DNA from: a virus
Lineage: Duplodnaviria; Caudoviricetes
IMG/VR virus record: IMGVR_UViG_3300037692_000114
Coordinates: 1 to 44,603 of that record
Length of the DNA stretch: 44,603 nucleotides
Reading direction: 5' to 3' (one strand)
Shown here: positions 18,032 through 26,609 of the stretch, one piece after another
Position numbering within the stretch: position 1 is the stretch's first letter
Layout: each line of letters starts with the position of its first letter
Made by a program: the position numbers and the translations under genes
Notes under the pieces: generated by a model
What the model was told of the DNA's origin: nothing
The model's database searches: none
What the model saw: only the letters and a program-made list of their open reading frames with translations

Positions 18032-20119
18032 ATGCCGCGCCCCACGAACGCCGAAGTCTCGACCAAGCTACTGGCCGAGGTGAAGGAGAATTACAGCCGC
18101 TCTATCTCTGCCGACTCGACCAATCGCGAACTCGCGCTCGAAGATATCCGCTTCGTGGATGAGGAGGGCGCGCAGTGGGATGATGAGACGCGCAAGAATC
18201 GCGGCTCACGTCCGTGCTACTCGTTCGACCGCACGTCCATCGCAATAGATCAGGTCAAGGGCGATCAGCGGCAGAACACGCCGCAGATCAAGGTTCTACC
18301 GATTGATGACAAGTCGGACCGCAAGAAGGCGGAGATATTCGAAGGACTGATTCGAGCGATTGAGCGCAATTCCTCAGCGAAGACCGCGTACAACACCGGC
18401 TTCGATTTCGCGCTGAAGGGTGGATTCGGTGCATGGCGGGTGTATCCGAAGTATGTCGAGGACAGCTTCGACCAGGAACTTTGCATCGGACGTATTGAGA
18501 ATCCGTTCACCGTTCACTTCGATCCTTCTGCAAAGGATTACCTGAAGCGAGATTCCGAGTGGGTCATCGTCACCGAACGTATATCGAAGGACGCGCACGA
18601 CGCGCAATACAGTGCGATTGAGGCTGCGGATTTGGACCTGTCGCAGCACGATCATGACTGGATTAACGACAAGGAGGTGCGCGTCGCCGAGTATTACAAG
18701 CGCATGCGGCGTAAGAAGACGATTGCGCTGCTGGATGACGGCCGTGTCATCGATTACGACGCCATCAAGGCCATCGAGAAAGAGTTACTGGACCCGCCTC
18801 CAGGTTCTGGTATCGCACCGATCCGAGTGATCAAGAAGCGCGAGGCGGATACGACCTACGTGCGCTGGTGGAAGCTGTCGGGTAAGGGCGTGATCGAAGG
18901 CCCTATCGACTACGAATGGAAGTACATCCCCATCGTGCCGATCTATGGTCGCGTGACTAACATCGAGGGCAAGCGCAAGTACCGCGGGCTGGTGAGGAAG
19001 GCTAAAGATCCGCAGAAGGCGTACAACGGTGCGAGAACCGCCGAGATCGAAGCCGTGGCGATGGTGCCGCGCTCGCCGTACATCATGCTACCAGGACAGA
19101 TCAAGGGACACGAGAACCAATGGCGCGAGGCGAACGCCAAGAATCCGCTGTTCCTGTACTACAACGCAGTTCCGAACGCACCGAACGCAGGAAAACCAAC
19201 GCGCGAATCGATGCCGGAGATTCCGCAAGCACTTATCGCGCTGAGCGCCCAGGCTGCGGATGACATTAAGGCGAGCACTGGCAAGTTCGGGCCCAGCCTG
19301 GGCGAGCCGCAGGCGAATGAACTTCCGGGCGCCATCAGGCAGCGGAATACCGAAGGCGATGTCAGCTCCTACGAGTTCATCGACAACTTGGCCGAGTCGA
19401 TCAAGTACACCGGTGAGATCCTGGTGGACATGATTCCTAAGGTGTATGACGGCGAACGCATCGTCCGTATCCTAGGTATCGATGGCAAGGAAGCGTTCGA
19501 GTCGATCAACCAGCGCGGACCTGACGGCAAGTTGGTCAACGACCTGTCACAAGGGCGGTTCGATGTGACCGTGGATGTGGGCCCTGCCTACACCACGCAG
19601 CGACAGCAGGCCGCGGATTACTTGCTCAAGTTCGCATCCACCTCTGATCAGGTCAAGCAGCTGGCCTCCGATCTCATCGCCAAGTCCCTTGACTTCAAGG
19701 GCGCGGATGAACTGGAGCGCCGCCTGCGAATCCCGCTGATTCAACAGGGCGTGATTCCACAGGATCAACTGACGGACGAGGAAAAGGCGATGCAGCCGCA
19801 AGGCCCGCCGCCGCCAGATCCGACGCAGGTTGCATTGACGAACAAGCTCAACGCGGAGGCCGCTCGGGCACAGGCACAGGCACTGCAGACGCAGGTCGAA
19901 ACGGCGACTGCTTCCATCACGGCCCAGATGAAGCCGCAGGAACTGCAGAAGCTAGTTGCCGAAACGATCTTCCAGCAGTTGCAGAACATGCAACTCGCCG
20001 GTGAGATCGGGATAGACCCGAGGACCGGGCAGATGCGGTTGATGAAGTACTTGAATACCGGGAACGAACTGGCGCAGCCGCGTGAGCCCAGGAGGATTCA
20101 GGCGCGGGTTATCGGTTGA
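18032..20119 (+). CDS. portal protein (P22 gp1-like)
   Basis: 695 aa; QWD...RP, G.G.WRV, YIPIVP.YG, GLVR.AKDPQ..YN, G.FDVTVDVGP.Y.T.RQ; Q-rich C-terminal barrel region. Confidence 0.93.
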   Translation: MPRPTNAEVSTKLLAEVKENYSRSISADSTNRELALEDIRFVDEEGAQWDDETRKNRGSRPCYSFDRTSIAIDQVKGDQRQNTPQIKVLPIDDKSDRKKAEIFEGLIRAIERNSSAKTAYNTGFDFALKGGFGAWRVYPKYVEDSFDQELCIGRIENPFTVHFDPSAKDYLKRDSEWVIVTERISKDAHDAQYSAIEAADLDLSQHDHDWINDKEVRVAEYYKRMRRKKTIALLDDGRVIDYDAIKAIEKELLDPPPGSGIAPIRVIKKREADTTYVRWWKLSGKGVIEGPIDYEWKYIPIVPIYGRVTNIEGKRKYRGLVRKAKDPQKAYNGARTAEIEAVAMVPRSPYIMLPGQIKGHENQWREANAKNPLFLYYNAVPNAPNAGKPTRESMPEIPQALIALSAQAADDIKASTGKFGPSLGEPQANELPGAIRQRNTEGDVSSYEFIDNLAESIKYTGEILVDMIPKVYDGERIVRILGIDGKEAFESINQRGPDGKLVNDLSQGRFDVTVDVGPAYTTQRQQAADYLLKFASTSDQVKQLASDLIAKSLDFKGADELERRLRIPLIQQGVIPQDQLTDEEKAMQPQGPPPPDPTQVALTNKLNAEAARAQAQALQTQVETATASITAQMKPQELQKLVAETIFQQLQNMQLAGEIGIDPRTGQMRLMKYLNTGNELAQPREPRRIQARVIG

Positions 20120-20161
20120 TGGCGTGGTTGCATATCAGTCAGATGTGTGTAGGATGGGAAC

Positions 20162-20296
20162 ATGGAAAGATTCCAGATGTTCTTATCTACACCGACGCTC
20201 AAGAGACTCAGGGCGCTTTCGAAGCGCTTCGACATGTCCATTGCCGAATTGATACGGCGGGCCATTGACGAGTTTCTGATGCGCCAAGGAGACTGA
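20162..20296 (+). CDS. ribbon-helix-helix (CopG/Arc-like) regulator (44 aa)
   Basis: Not in ORF track: MERFQMFLSTPTLKRLRALSKRFDMSIAELIRRAIDEFL. TTGCAT-16-TAGGAT lies just upstream. Confidence 0.8.
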   Translation: MERFQMFLSTPTLKRLRALSKRFDMSIAELIRRAIDEFLMRQGD

Positions 20297-20297
20297 G

Positions 20298-20489
20298 ATG
20301 GAGCACGATATCGAGTACCGTATTTGTCCAGCCATCGCTCCTGATGGCTCGCTGCTGCATATGCTGATTCGTATTCGCCGACAGGCAGTGGACAAAAATG
20401 GAATGATGCTCGTCAACAAGGACGAGATCGCCACGAATGCTGACAGGTCAGTTCTTGAGCGCGCCATAAAACACCTTGAGGGTGGCTGA
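20298..20489 (+). CDS. hypothetical protein
   Basis: AAGGAG ribosome-binding site; member of the portal-scaffold insert. Confidence 0.55.
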   Translation: MEHDIEYRICPAIAPDGSLLHMLIRIRRQAVDKNGMMLVNKDEIATNADRSVLERAIKHLEGG

Positions 20490-20605
20490 CATGGACTGCG
20501 CACTGTCGCCGAAGGCAGACGTCATGGAAGTAGAGATTTGCCTAGATGGCTCTGTCGTCTACAAGTCAGGCGGACTCACTACTATCGAATTGCCGAGCAT
20601 CGCAA

Positions 20606-20731
20606 ATGAAACCTAAGCAACCAGTCAAGCCTGCTGCTCCCATGCCGCTATCTGGCGCCGAGCGCCGCGAGCAGCAGCGCAAGGAATTCGGCAAGCGGGT
20701 CGATGCCGAGAAGAAGGGGCGTAAGTCGTGA
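20606..20731 (+). CDS. small basic protein
   Basis: MKPKQPVK...VDAEKKGRKS; GTGA overlap with the next gene. Confidence 0.45.
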   Translation: MKPKQPVKPAAPMPLSGAERREQQRKEFGKRVDAEKKGRKS

Positions 20732-20976
20732 GAACCGGCGAGCTACATAGAATCCGTGGCGTTCATGGAGATACCGGTTTATTTATGGTAGGCGAGCCTC
20801 TGCAAGAGCATTGTGGTTGGTTTAATGTGGTTCAGGTGGATCAACCGGAGATTGACCCCAGGCCGCGTATTGCGCGGCTATCTCCGAACTGGGCGGATTC
20901 ATCCGCGATTGAATGGAGTGATCAGATGACCCCGCCGGCCGTGGTGGACGCGGAGAAGCGGGGGCGGAAGGCATGA
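20728..20976 (+). CDS. hypothetical protein
   Basis: Coupled overlaps; ends VDAEKRGRKA. Confidence 0.45.
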   Translation: MRTGELHRIRGVHGDTGLFMVGEPLQEHCGWFNVVQVDQPEIDPRPRIARLSPNWADSSAIEWSDQMTPPAVVDAEKRGRKA

Positions 20977-21085
20977 GCGTCATTTTTATTTTGCTTACAT
21001 ATGCGGCGATGGCTGCTGGTTTTGTGTTTCTTGGCTTATTCCTGATGGCGCTATTTGCTTGGTTTGACGATCCGGATGATCTTGT

Positions 21086-21349
21086 ATGACCGACGCAGAG
21101 TTCATCGCGGCAATGAGCGACTGCCAAGCACGAGCGCAGTTATTTAATGCCGAGCGACTGGCCGAGGAGCGGGTATACCTCGAATGTCGCCGGCAGGCGG
21201 AAGAGGATCGCGTGCGCGTGGAAAGAGATCTGGCGAGGCATAAGGCTACGCAAGCAGCGCTGATTGTCGTCATGGACCTGTACATCGCACAGATAACCGC
21301 GCCGTGGCAGGCGCTGGCTGAACATATTCGTGCAATGGATCGCGCATGA
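21086..21349 (+). CDS. hypothetical helical protein
   Basis: ATGA overlaps on both sides. Confidence 0.5.
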   Translation: MTDAEFIAAMSDCQARAQLFNAERLAEERVYLECRRQAEEDRVRVERDLARHKATQAALIVVMDLYIAQITAPWQALAEHIRAMDRA

Positions 21350-21864
21350 CGACAATTACATGGGACGGCCGCACGCTGGCCGGCGATACGCAATATTCCA
21401 TGTTCCGCGGCACTGGATCGAAGGTGTTTCACCTCAAGACCGGCGCGCTCTTTGGTTCTTGCGGTCAAATACAGGACGGAGCTGCAGTACGTGACTGGCT
21501 CGAAAACGGCGGCGAGAAGCCCAAGGTGTCGGAGGGTTTTCACGCGATCATGATCGAAAGCGGGAAGCTCTTCACTCTCGAAGACAAGCTGGTCAAGATT
21601 GAGCACGACCGGCCATTCTTTGCAATCGGCTCAGGCCGCGACTTTGCGATGGCCGCGATGCATCTTAGCAAGACAGCCGCTGAAGCGGTACGTGTGTCGC
21701 ATGCATTCGACCCTGACACCGGGCCAGACCTGACGGAACTGAGCGTCAGCGACCCGAATCCACGCTCATTGGATGACATAGTCGATCAACCGCCGTGCGC
21801 AGAGCTTCTGCGCGAGCGGCTATCGGCTGCCGGGTTGATGTCTAAAGGTAACGGTTCCAGTTAG
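21346..21864 (+). CDS. HslV/proteasome-beta-like Ntn-hydrolase
   Basis: MTTITWDG..LAGD N-terminal Thr nucleophile, KVF, G.CG, FAIGSG.DFAMAAM, A.EAV......D..TG. Confidence 0.82.
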   Translation: MTTITWDGRTLAGDTQYSMFRGTGSKVFHLKTGALFGSCGQIQDGAAVRDWLENGGEKPKVSEGFHAIMIESGKLFTLEDKLVKIEHDRPFFAIGSGRDFAMAAMHLSKTAAEAVRVSHAFDPDTGPDLTELSVSDPNPRSLDDIVDQPPCAELLRERLSAAGLMSKGNGSS

Positions 21865-21885
21865 TAGCCGTAGCCCACGAACGAG

Positions 21886-21922
21886 ACAAACAAAGCCCGG
21901 CCAAGTGCCGGGTTTTGTTTTT
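21886..21922 (+). terminator. intrinsic terminator
   Basis: ACAAACAAAGCCCGGC-CAAGT-GCCGGGTTTTGTTTTT. Confidence 0.85.
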
Positions 21923-21928
21923 AGGTAA

Positions 21929-22114
21929 CCGTATTCGGTCAGCTGATAACCGAATACGGCTTTAAGTTGAAGCGCCATGCAGCGGTTTCAGCTGCTACCA
22001 CGGTGTCGGTCGTGTTCGGTCGCTGACCATCTTCACGCCGTCTTCGCAGCCAGTCTGTGGACTATGGCGCCGCGTCGATATTAGCAAAATTCCGCCCGCG
22101 CTAGCGTTTAGCGC
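21929..22114 (+). promoter_or_regulatory. structured leader upstream of the scaffold gene
   Basis: 11-bp inverted repeat CCGTATTCGGT/ACCGAATACGG, a four-way junction closed by GCGCCAT/ATGGCGC, and GCGCTA/TAGCGC. Confidence 0.5.
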
Positions 22115-22130
22115 ATCACTTGAGTAATCT

Positions 22131-22997
22131 ATGTCCGACGAACTCGTTGTTACCCCAACGCAAGAGGGTACGGCTCCACCGGCCGCAGTAGTCTCCCCGA
22201 CTCCTGATCAGGTGACTTCGGGTGCCGCACCGCAAGCGGCAATCGCTACCCCTGATAGCGAAGCTCAGCGACTGAAGAGGTCGCAAGAGACCAGGGAACG
22301 CATCGAGGAGTTAAACGCAGGTAAGAAAGCTGCCGTCGAGGTAGCCGAATATTGGCGAAAACGCTTCGAGGAATCACAGCAGAAACCGCAGGCCGCTGCT
22401 CCGGTTCAGGCCGAACCTGAGCCCGATCCTGATTCGTTCGACGACCCCAAGGCGTACACCAAGGCATATACCGCTTGGTACGACAAGAAGGTCGAACAGC
22501 GCGTCAGTTCAGCTACAGAGCAGGCACGGAAAGACGCGGAAACTGCTGCTGACAGGCGGGCTGCGAAAGCCGAAGAAGAGCGGCGCCTAAAAGCGCTGAA
22601 CGATGAGTTCGGATTGCGACAGCATCAGTTCGCAGAGAAAAACGCGGACTATTTCGATGTGATCGGCAATCCGGCTTTGACATTCTTCAATGGCGATTTT
22701 CTCGACGCACTCAAAGGCAGCGAGAAAGGCCCAGAGATTGCCTATCAGATCGGCACAGACGCGAAACTCATTGCGCGCCTAGCCGGTAAGTCGGTTCCGC
22801 AGCGCATCGTCGAACTCGGCCGCATCGAAGCCGAGCTATCGCGTCCAGCTCCTCCCCCGAAAGTCACCGCTGCGCCGGCCCCGCCGACGCCAATCGGTGG
22901 TGGAGCAGGTGGGGAGGTTGATCCTTCAAAACTGTCCATCGACGATTGGATGCACCATCGCACCAAGCAGATCCTGGCGAAACGCCAAGCTCGGTAG
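22131..22997 (+). CDS. capsid scaffolding protein
   Basis: Directly before coat; coiled coil, P.PD.FDD...Y, S.KGPEIAY, .ELGRIEA.L, APPP..PI, LS.DDW. Confidence 0.85.
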   Translation: MSDELVVTPTQEGTAPPAAVVSPTPDQVTSGAAPQAAIATPDSEAQRLKRSQETRERIEELNAGKKAAVEVAEYWRKRFEESQQKPQAAAPVQAEPEPDPDSFDDPKAYTKAYTAWYDKKVEQRVSSATEQARKDAETAADRRAAKAEEERRLKALNDEFGLRQHQFAEKNADYFDVIGNPALTFFNGDFLDALKGSEKGPEIAYQIGTDAKLIARLAGKSVPQRIVELGRIEAELSRPAPPPKVTAAPAPPTPIGGGAGGEVDPSKLSIDDWMHHRTKQILAKRQAR

Positions 22998-23029
22998 ATG
23001 CGGGGTCACGCAGCTCTTAGGAGCTACAC

Positions 23030-24229
23030 GTGGCCAACACAACTCTTACTGTCGATCAGATTACGAGGGAGGCTTTGCGTGTTCTACACGGAAAGCTTCG
23101 CTTCATCGGTAGTATCAATCGAGGTTATGACGATCAATTTGCCCAGGAAGGCGCAAAAATCGGCGACACCCTGCGCATCCGCCTGCCGAATCAGTACACG
23201 ATTCGTACCGGCCGCACGCTCGCCGTACAGGACAACGTCGAGCGCAACGCAACGTTTCAGATCAGTAGCCAGGCCGGCGTCGACATCAACTTCACCTCAA
23301 GGGAACTGACGCTGGATCTGGATGATTTCAGCGAGCGCATCATCACGCCGGCAATGGCGACGATTGCTGCCTACATGGAGTCCACTGTCTGGACGGCGCG
23401 TTATAAGGATGTCTACAACCTCGTCAACCAGAACGGCGTAGCTCCCACGCTGCGCTCTACGCTGCTCGTAAAGCAAAAGCTGGACGACAACCTGACGCCG
23501 GAAGACGAGCAGCGCACCATGTTGCTGTCAACCACGCACCAGGTCGGGCTTGTGGATCAGATCAAGGGATTGTTCAACCCGCAAGACGTGCTGGCGATGC
23601 AGTACAAAGAAGGACGCATGGGCAAGACGGCCATGTTCGACTTCTTTCAGTCCACCCATGTACTGAATCACACGACCGGTACCGCAGTGGAGGGCGATAC
23701 GCTGTACAACGTCAACGGCGCCAATCAGACCGGCGCGTCGCTGACGGTGAACACCGGAACCACGACGTTCTTGAAGGGCGACGTGATAACGCTCGCTGGC
23801 TGCAATCGTGTGCATCCGGAAACGAAAGTCGATACCGGCGAGCTGCAACAGTTCGTCATCACGGCAGATTCTGGCGCCAATGCAACGACGCTGGCGATCT
23901 CCCCGTCCATCGTTACCAGCGGCGGTGCTCAGAATGTGGCGGCGAGCCCGACGACCACGGGCGCCGTCACAAAACTCGGCGCAGGCGCGAGCGAACTGCT
24001 GACCAGTTCGATGGGCTACCACAAGGACGCGTTCTGCTTCGGCACGGCCGACTTGATCCTGCCCGAAGGCGTGTCGTTTGCCGCACGCGAGGTCTACGAC
24101 GGCATCAGCATGCGCATCGTGCGGGCGTATGACATCGCCAATGACATGCACCCATGTCGTATCGATGTGCTGTTCGGCTCGGCAACGCTGCGCGCGCAGT
24201 TGGCCTGCAGACTCCACGCGGACGGTTAA
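23030..24229 (+). CDS. major capsid protein (P22 gp5-like)
   Basis: MANT.LT...ITREAL, GAKIGDTLRIRLP, GDVITLAG insertion domain, HKDAF...TADL..P, RIDVLFG. Confidence 0.93.
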   Translation: MANTTLTVDQITREALRVLHGKLRFIGSINRGYDDQFAQEGAKIGDTLRIRLPNQYTIRTGRTLAVQDNVERNATFQISSQAGVDINFTSRELTLDLDDFSERIITPAMATIAAYMESTVWTARYKDVYNLVNQNGVAPTLRSTLLVKQKLDDNLTPEDEQRTMLLSTTHQVGLVDQIKGLFNPQDVLAMQYKEGRMGKTAMFDFFQSTHVLNHTTGTAVEGDTLYNVNGANQTGASLTVNTGTTTFLKGDVITLAGCNRVHPETKVDTGELQQFVITADSGANATTLAISPSIVTSGGAQNVAASPTTTGAVTKLGAGASELLTSSMGYHKDAFCFGTADLILPEGVSFAAREVYDGISMRIVRAYDIANDMHPCRIDVLFGSATLRAQLACRLHADG

Positions 24230-24241
24230 GTCATCATCATC

Positions 24242-24269
24242 GCGCCGGTGTGACAGTCGGCGCTTTTTT
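24242..24269 (+). terminator. weak terminator-like hairpin after the coat gene
   Basis: GCGCCG...CGGCGC followed by TTTTTT. Confidence 0.55.
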
Positions 24270-24282
24270 AGGAGATTTCGAT

Positions 24283-24519
24283 ATGGCTATCAATCAACTT
24301 GGAGACGGCAATCCCGATGGCGTGCAGTTGCCGAACACGAAGCTGGGTTTCTTCGGTGTGACTCCTGCTGCCCAGCAGGCAACCATCGCCGATGCGACCA
24401 ACACGACTACGACAACTTCCACCACCACGGCCCTGACGACTGACTTGGACTCGCTTCGTTCCAAGTTCAATAGTCTGCTGGCCAAGCTCGAAACGCTCGG
24501 TCTTCTGGCCGACGCGTGA
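24283..24519 (+). CDS. small head fibre/decoration-like protein with Thr tract, copy 1 (78 aa)
   Basis: AGGAG ribosome-binding site; KLGFFGVTP..Q and FNSLLAKLETLGLL typical of small proteins found after coat genes; ATNTTTTTSTTTALTT. Confidence 0.75.
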   Translation: MAINQLGDGNPDGVQLPNTKLGFFGVTPAAQQATIADATNTTTTTSTTTALTTDLDSLRSKFNSLLAKLETLGLLADA

Positions 24520-25766
24520 GTTACGTCCAGCACGTCCGGTCCGGTCGCTCCGGACCGGGCACTTTCATTGCGGTTGCTGCGTACGATGGACTCAAAACGC
24601 CATTTGTCAGTTCGCTGTTTTCTTCTCGCGATAGTTTGCCGCATCGCATAGACCTGGAGATATTCTCCGGAAATTGTCACCACGACGATTCGCGCAACAG
24701 ACTGGTGCGCGATTTTCTGGAGTCAGACTGCGAGCAGATGATTTTCTTAGACGCAGATGTTTTCTGGCAGGACGCCGATCTTAAAAAGCTGATCGAGTAC
24801 GACGCAGATATTGTCGCCGGCATTTATCCGCTGAAGAACGACGATGAGGATTATCCGGTTGCTCCGCTTCCAGGTGAGCGGTGGGCGAATGAGCATGGAT
24901 TAGTCGAGGTCGCTGGTGTCCCGACTGGCTTTCTGAAGATCAGGCGCAGTGTCTTAGAAAAACTCTATCAGACCGTCGCTCATCATCGCAGTAAGGAGGA
25001 CGGATACGGACGCATGCTCATCCCGGTACTGTTCGAGCGCTCCTTGAATGGACTATCACGTCGCGGTGGGGACTACGAGTTCTGCAAGAAGGCCAGGGAG
25101 GCTGGATTCAGAATCTACGTAGATCCGATGATGCAGCTAGGCCATGTCGGCGACAAACTGTGGACGGGTTGTCTAGGCCATCACTGGCGCAAGGAATTTG
25201 CCTTGAAGGATGGGCTGCAGGCTATCCGCGCCGGAACTGCCGACGCCGGCACATACCTGGAACTGTACAGCGTCTGGGGCAACACATGGGCGATGTCCCC
25301 AGAGGGGCTGTACACCTGTTCGCTGCTGGCGAGAAACGCGAGCGGCCCGATTCTCGACTGCGGATCTGGACTATCAAGCCTGGTGCTTGCAGCCTCAACA
25401 GATCGCCAGGTGCATAGCCTGGAGCAATCACCTGACTGGGCTGGGCGTATCGAGAGGCTAGCGCAAGAGCACGGCTTGACTAACTTGCACGTTCATCGTC
25501 GTTCGCTCATTCCTTGTGGTAAGTGGACGTGGTACGAGCAACCGCCGCGAGATAGGTATGCGCTGGCTATTTGTGACGGCCCGTCAGGTGATGGAAATCG
25601 CGGCGGGCTCTTTGATGTGATGCGTGATGAAATATCAGCCGCATCGATCATCGTCGATGATATCGATCGCTTGTATTCGCGCAATTCTGTTGAGTCTTAC
25701 TGCCGCGAGACCAGCCGGAAGTTCGAGATTTTCGACTGCTCGAAATCATTCGCGCTGATCCCGTGA
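24516..25766 (+). CDS. GT-A (GT2-like) glycosyltransferase fused to class I SAM methyltransferase
   Basis: SRNRLV..FL, MIFLDADV (DxD), VAGIYP, PTGFLKI.R, GGDYEFC, LGHVG; then ILDCGSGLSS, SLEQ...W, ICDGP, IIVDD. Confidence 0.88.
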   Translation: MSYVQHVRSGRSGPGTFIAVAAYDGLKTPFVSSLFSSRDSLPHRIDLEIFSGNCHHDDSRNRLVRDFLESDCEQMIFLDADVFWQDADLKKLIEYDADIVAGIYPLKNDDEDYPVAPLPGERWANEHGLVEVAGVPTGFLKIRRSVLEKLYQTVAHHRSKEDGYGRMLIPVLFERSLNGLSRRGGDYEFCKKAREAGFRIYVDPMMQLGHVGDKLWTGCLGHHWRKEFALKDGLQAIRAGTADAGTYLELYSVWGNTWAMSPEGLYTCSLLARNASGPILDCGSGLSSLVLAASTDRQVHSLEQSPDWAGRIERLAQEHGLTNLHVHRRSLIPCGKWTWYEQPPRDRYALAICDGPSGDGNRGGLFDVMRDEISAASIIVDDIDRLYSRNSVESYCRETSRKFEIFDCSKSFALIP

Positions 25767-26365
25767 AAGTCTGCATTTGCACGCCGTCACTGACGGGGAC
25801 GACGAGCGTTGAATTCACTAAGTCAATGATAGATACAGCCAAAGCGTTGACCCTGGCTGGCATCGAAATGCAGTGGCGAACTGTGTCGTTCAGTAACTTC
25901 GTAGATGCTGCGCGCAATGACTTGATACGTGAATTCATGGCCAGTGACTACACAGATTTGGTGTTCATCGACGATGACATTGGATGGGAAGTCGGTGGAT
26001 TTCTTCGAATGCTTTGCCTCGACGCTGATGTCATGGGCGCAATTTGTCCGCGCAAGAAGGATCCTCTGGAGTGGAACGTCAACCTAATAAGCGCTGACGG
26101 CAAGCGAATAGAGCGCTATGGCATGTTGGAGTGCGCCTATGTAGGCACCGGTCTTATGCGCATCAGACGCAACGTCATGGAGCGAATGGAGCGTTGTTTC
26201 GACACAGCATACGAGAACGGAAGAAAGATAGGCGAAGACGCTTGGTTCTGCCGCGAATGGCGGCGCATGGGCGGACAGGTATGGGCCTATCCGGATATCG
26301 ATATCACACATTCCGGACTGAAGAACTGGACCGGTAACTACAGGAGAGACTGCAATGCCTACTGA
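25763..26365 (+). CDS. GT-A (GT2-like) glycosyltransferase
   Basis: ICTP, ARNDLI..F, LVFIDDDI, VGTGLMRI.R, GEDAWFC, I.H.G. Confidence 0.88.
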   Translation: MKVCICTPSLTGTTSVEFTKSMIDTAKALTLAGIEMQWRTVSFSNFVDAARNDLIREFMASDYTDLVFIDDDIGWEVGGFLRMLCLDADVMGAICPRKKDPLEWNVNLISADGKRIERYGMLECAYVGTGLMRIRRNVMERMERCFDTAYENGRKIGEDAWFCREWRRMGGQVWAYPDIDITHSGLKNWTGNYRRDCNAY

Positions 26366-26609
26366 AGAGACGTTCGGCGTCAGCACATCCCACGTGAAAG
26401 CCGATGTGCTGCGTCATCGTAGCGGCGGAACTGCTGGTTTCTATGGCACCGAGCCGATTGTGCAGCCAGTCAACATCGCTGACGCAACGAATACAACTAC
26501 GACCACATCAACGACGACCGCGCTCACAACGGATCTTGATTCGCTTAGAACCAAGTTCAATTCGCTGCTGACCACGCTGGAAAGCTTGGGGCTCATCGCG
26601 GCGGCTTAA
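26355..26609 (+). CDS. small head fibre/decoration-like protein with Thr tract, copy 2 (84 aa)
   Basis: GFYGTEPIVQP; IADATNTTTTTSTTTALTTDLDSLR identical to copy 1; FNSLL..LE.LGLI. Confidence 0.75.
   Translation: MPTEETFGVSTSHVKADVLRHRSGGTAGFYGTEPIVQPVNIADATNTTTTTSTTTALTTDLDSLRTKFNSLLTTLESLGLIAAA

Noticed and set aside
21346-21864. Prohead maturation protease
   Set aside because: Ntn-hydrolase fold rather than S78/S49/U9; a P22-type coat with separate scaffold needs no cleavage; a terminator separates it from the scaffold.
23528-24217. Long antisense ORFs (229 aa here; also 8102-8695, 14036-14599, 20995-21606)
   Set aside because: Shadows of GC-rich coding strands with no recognisable motifs or ribosome-binding sites.
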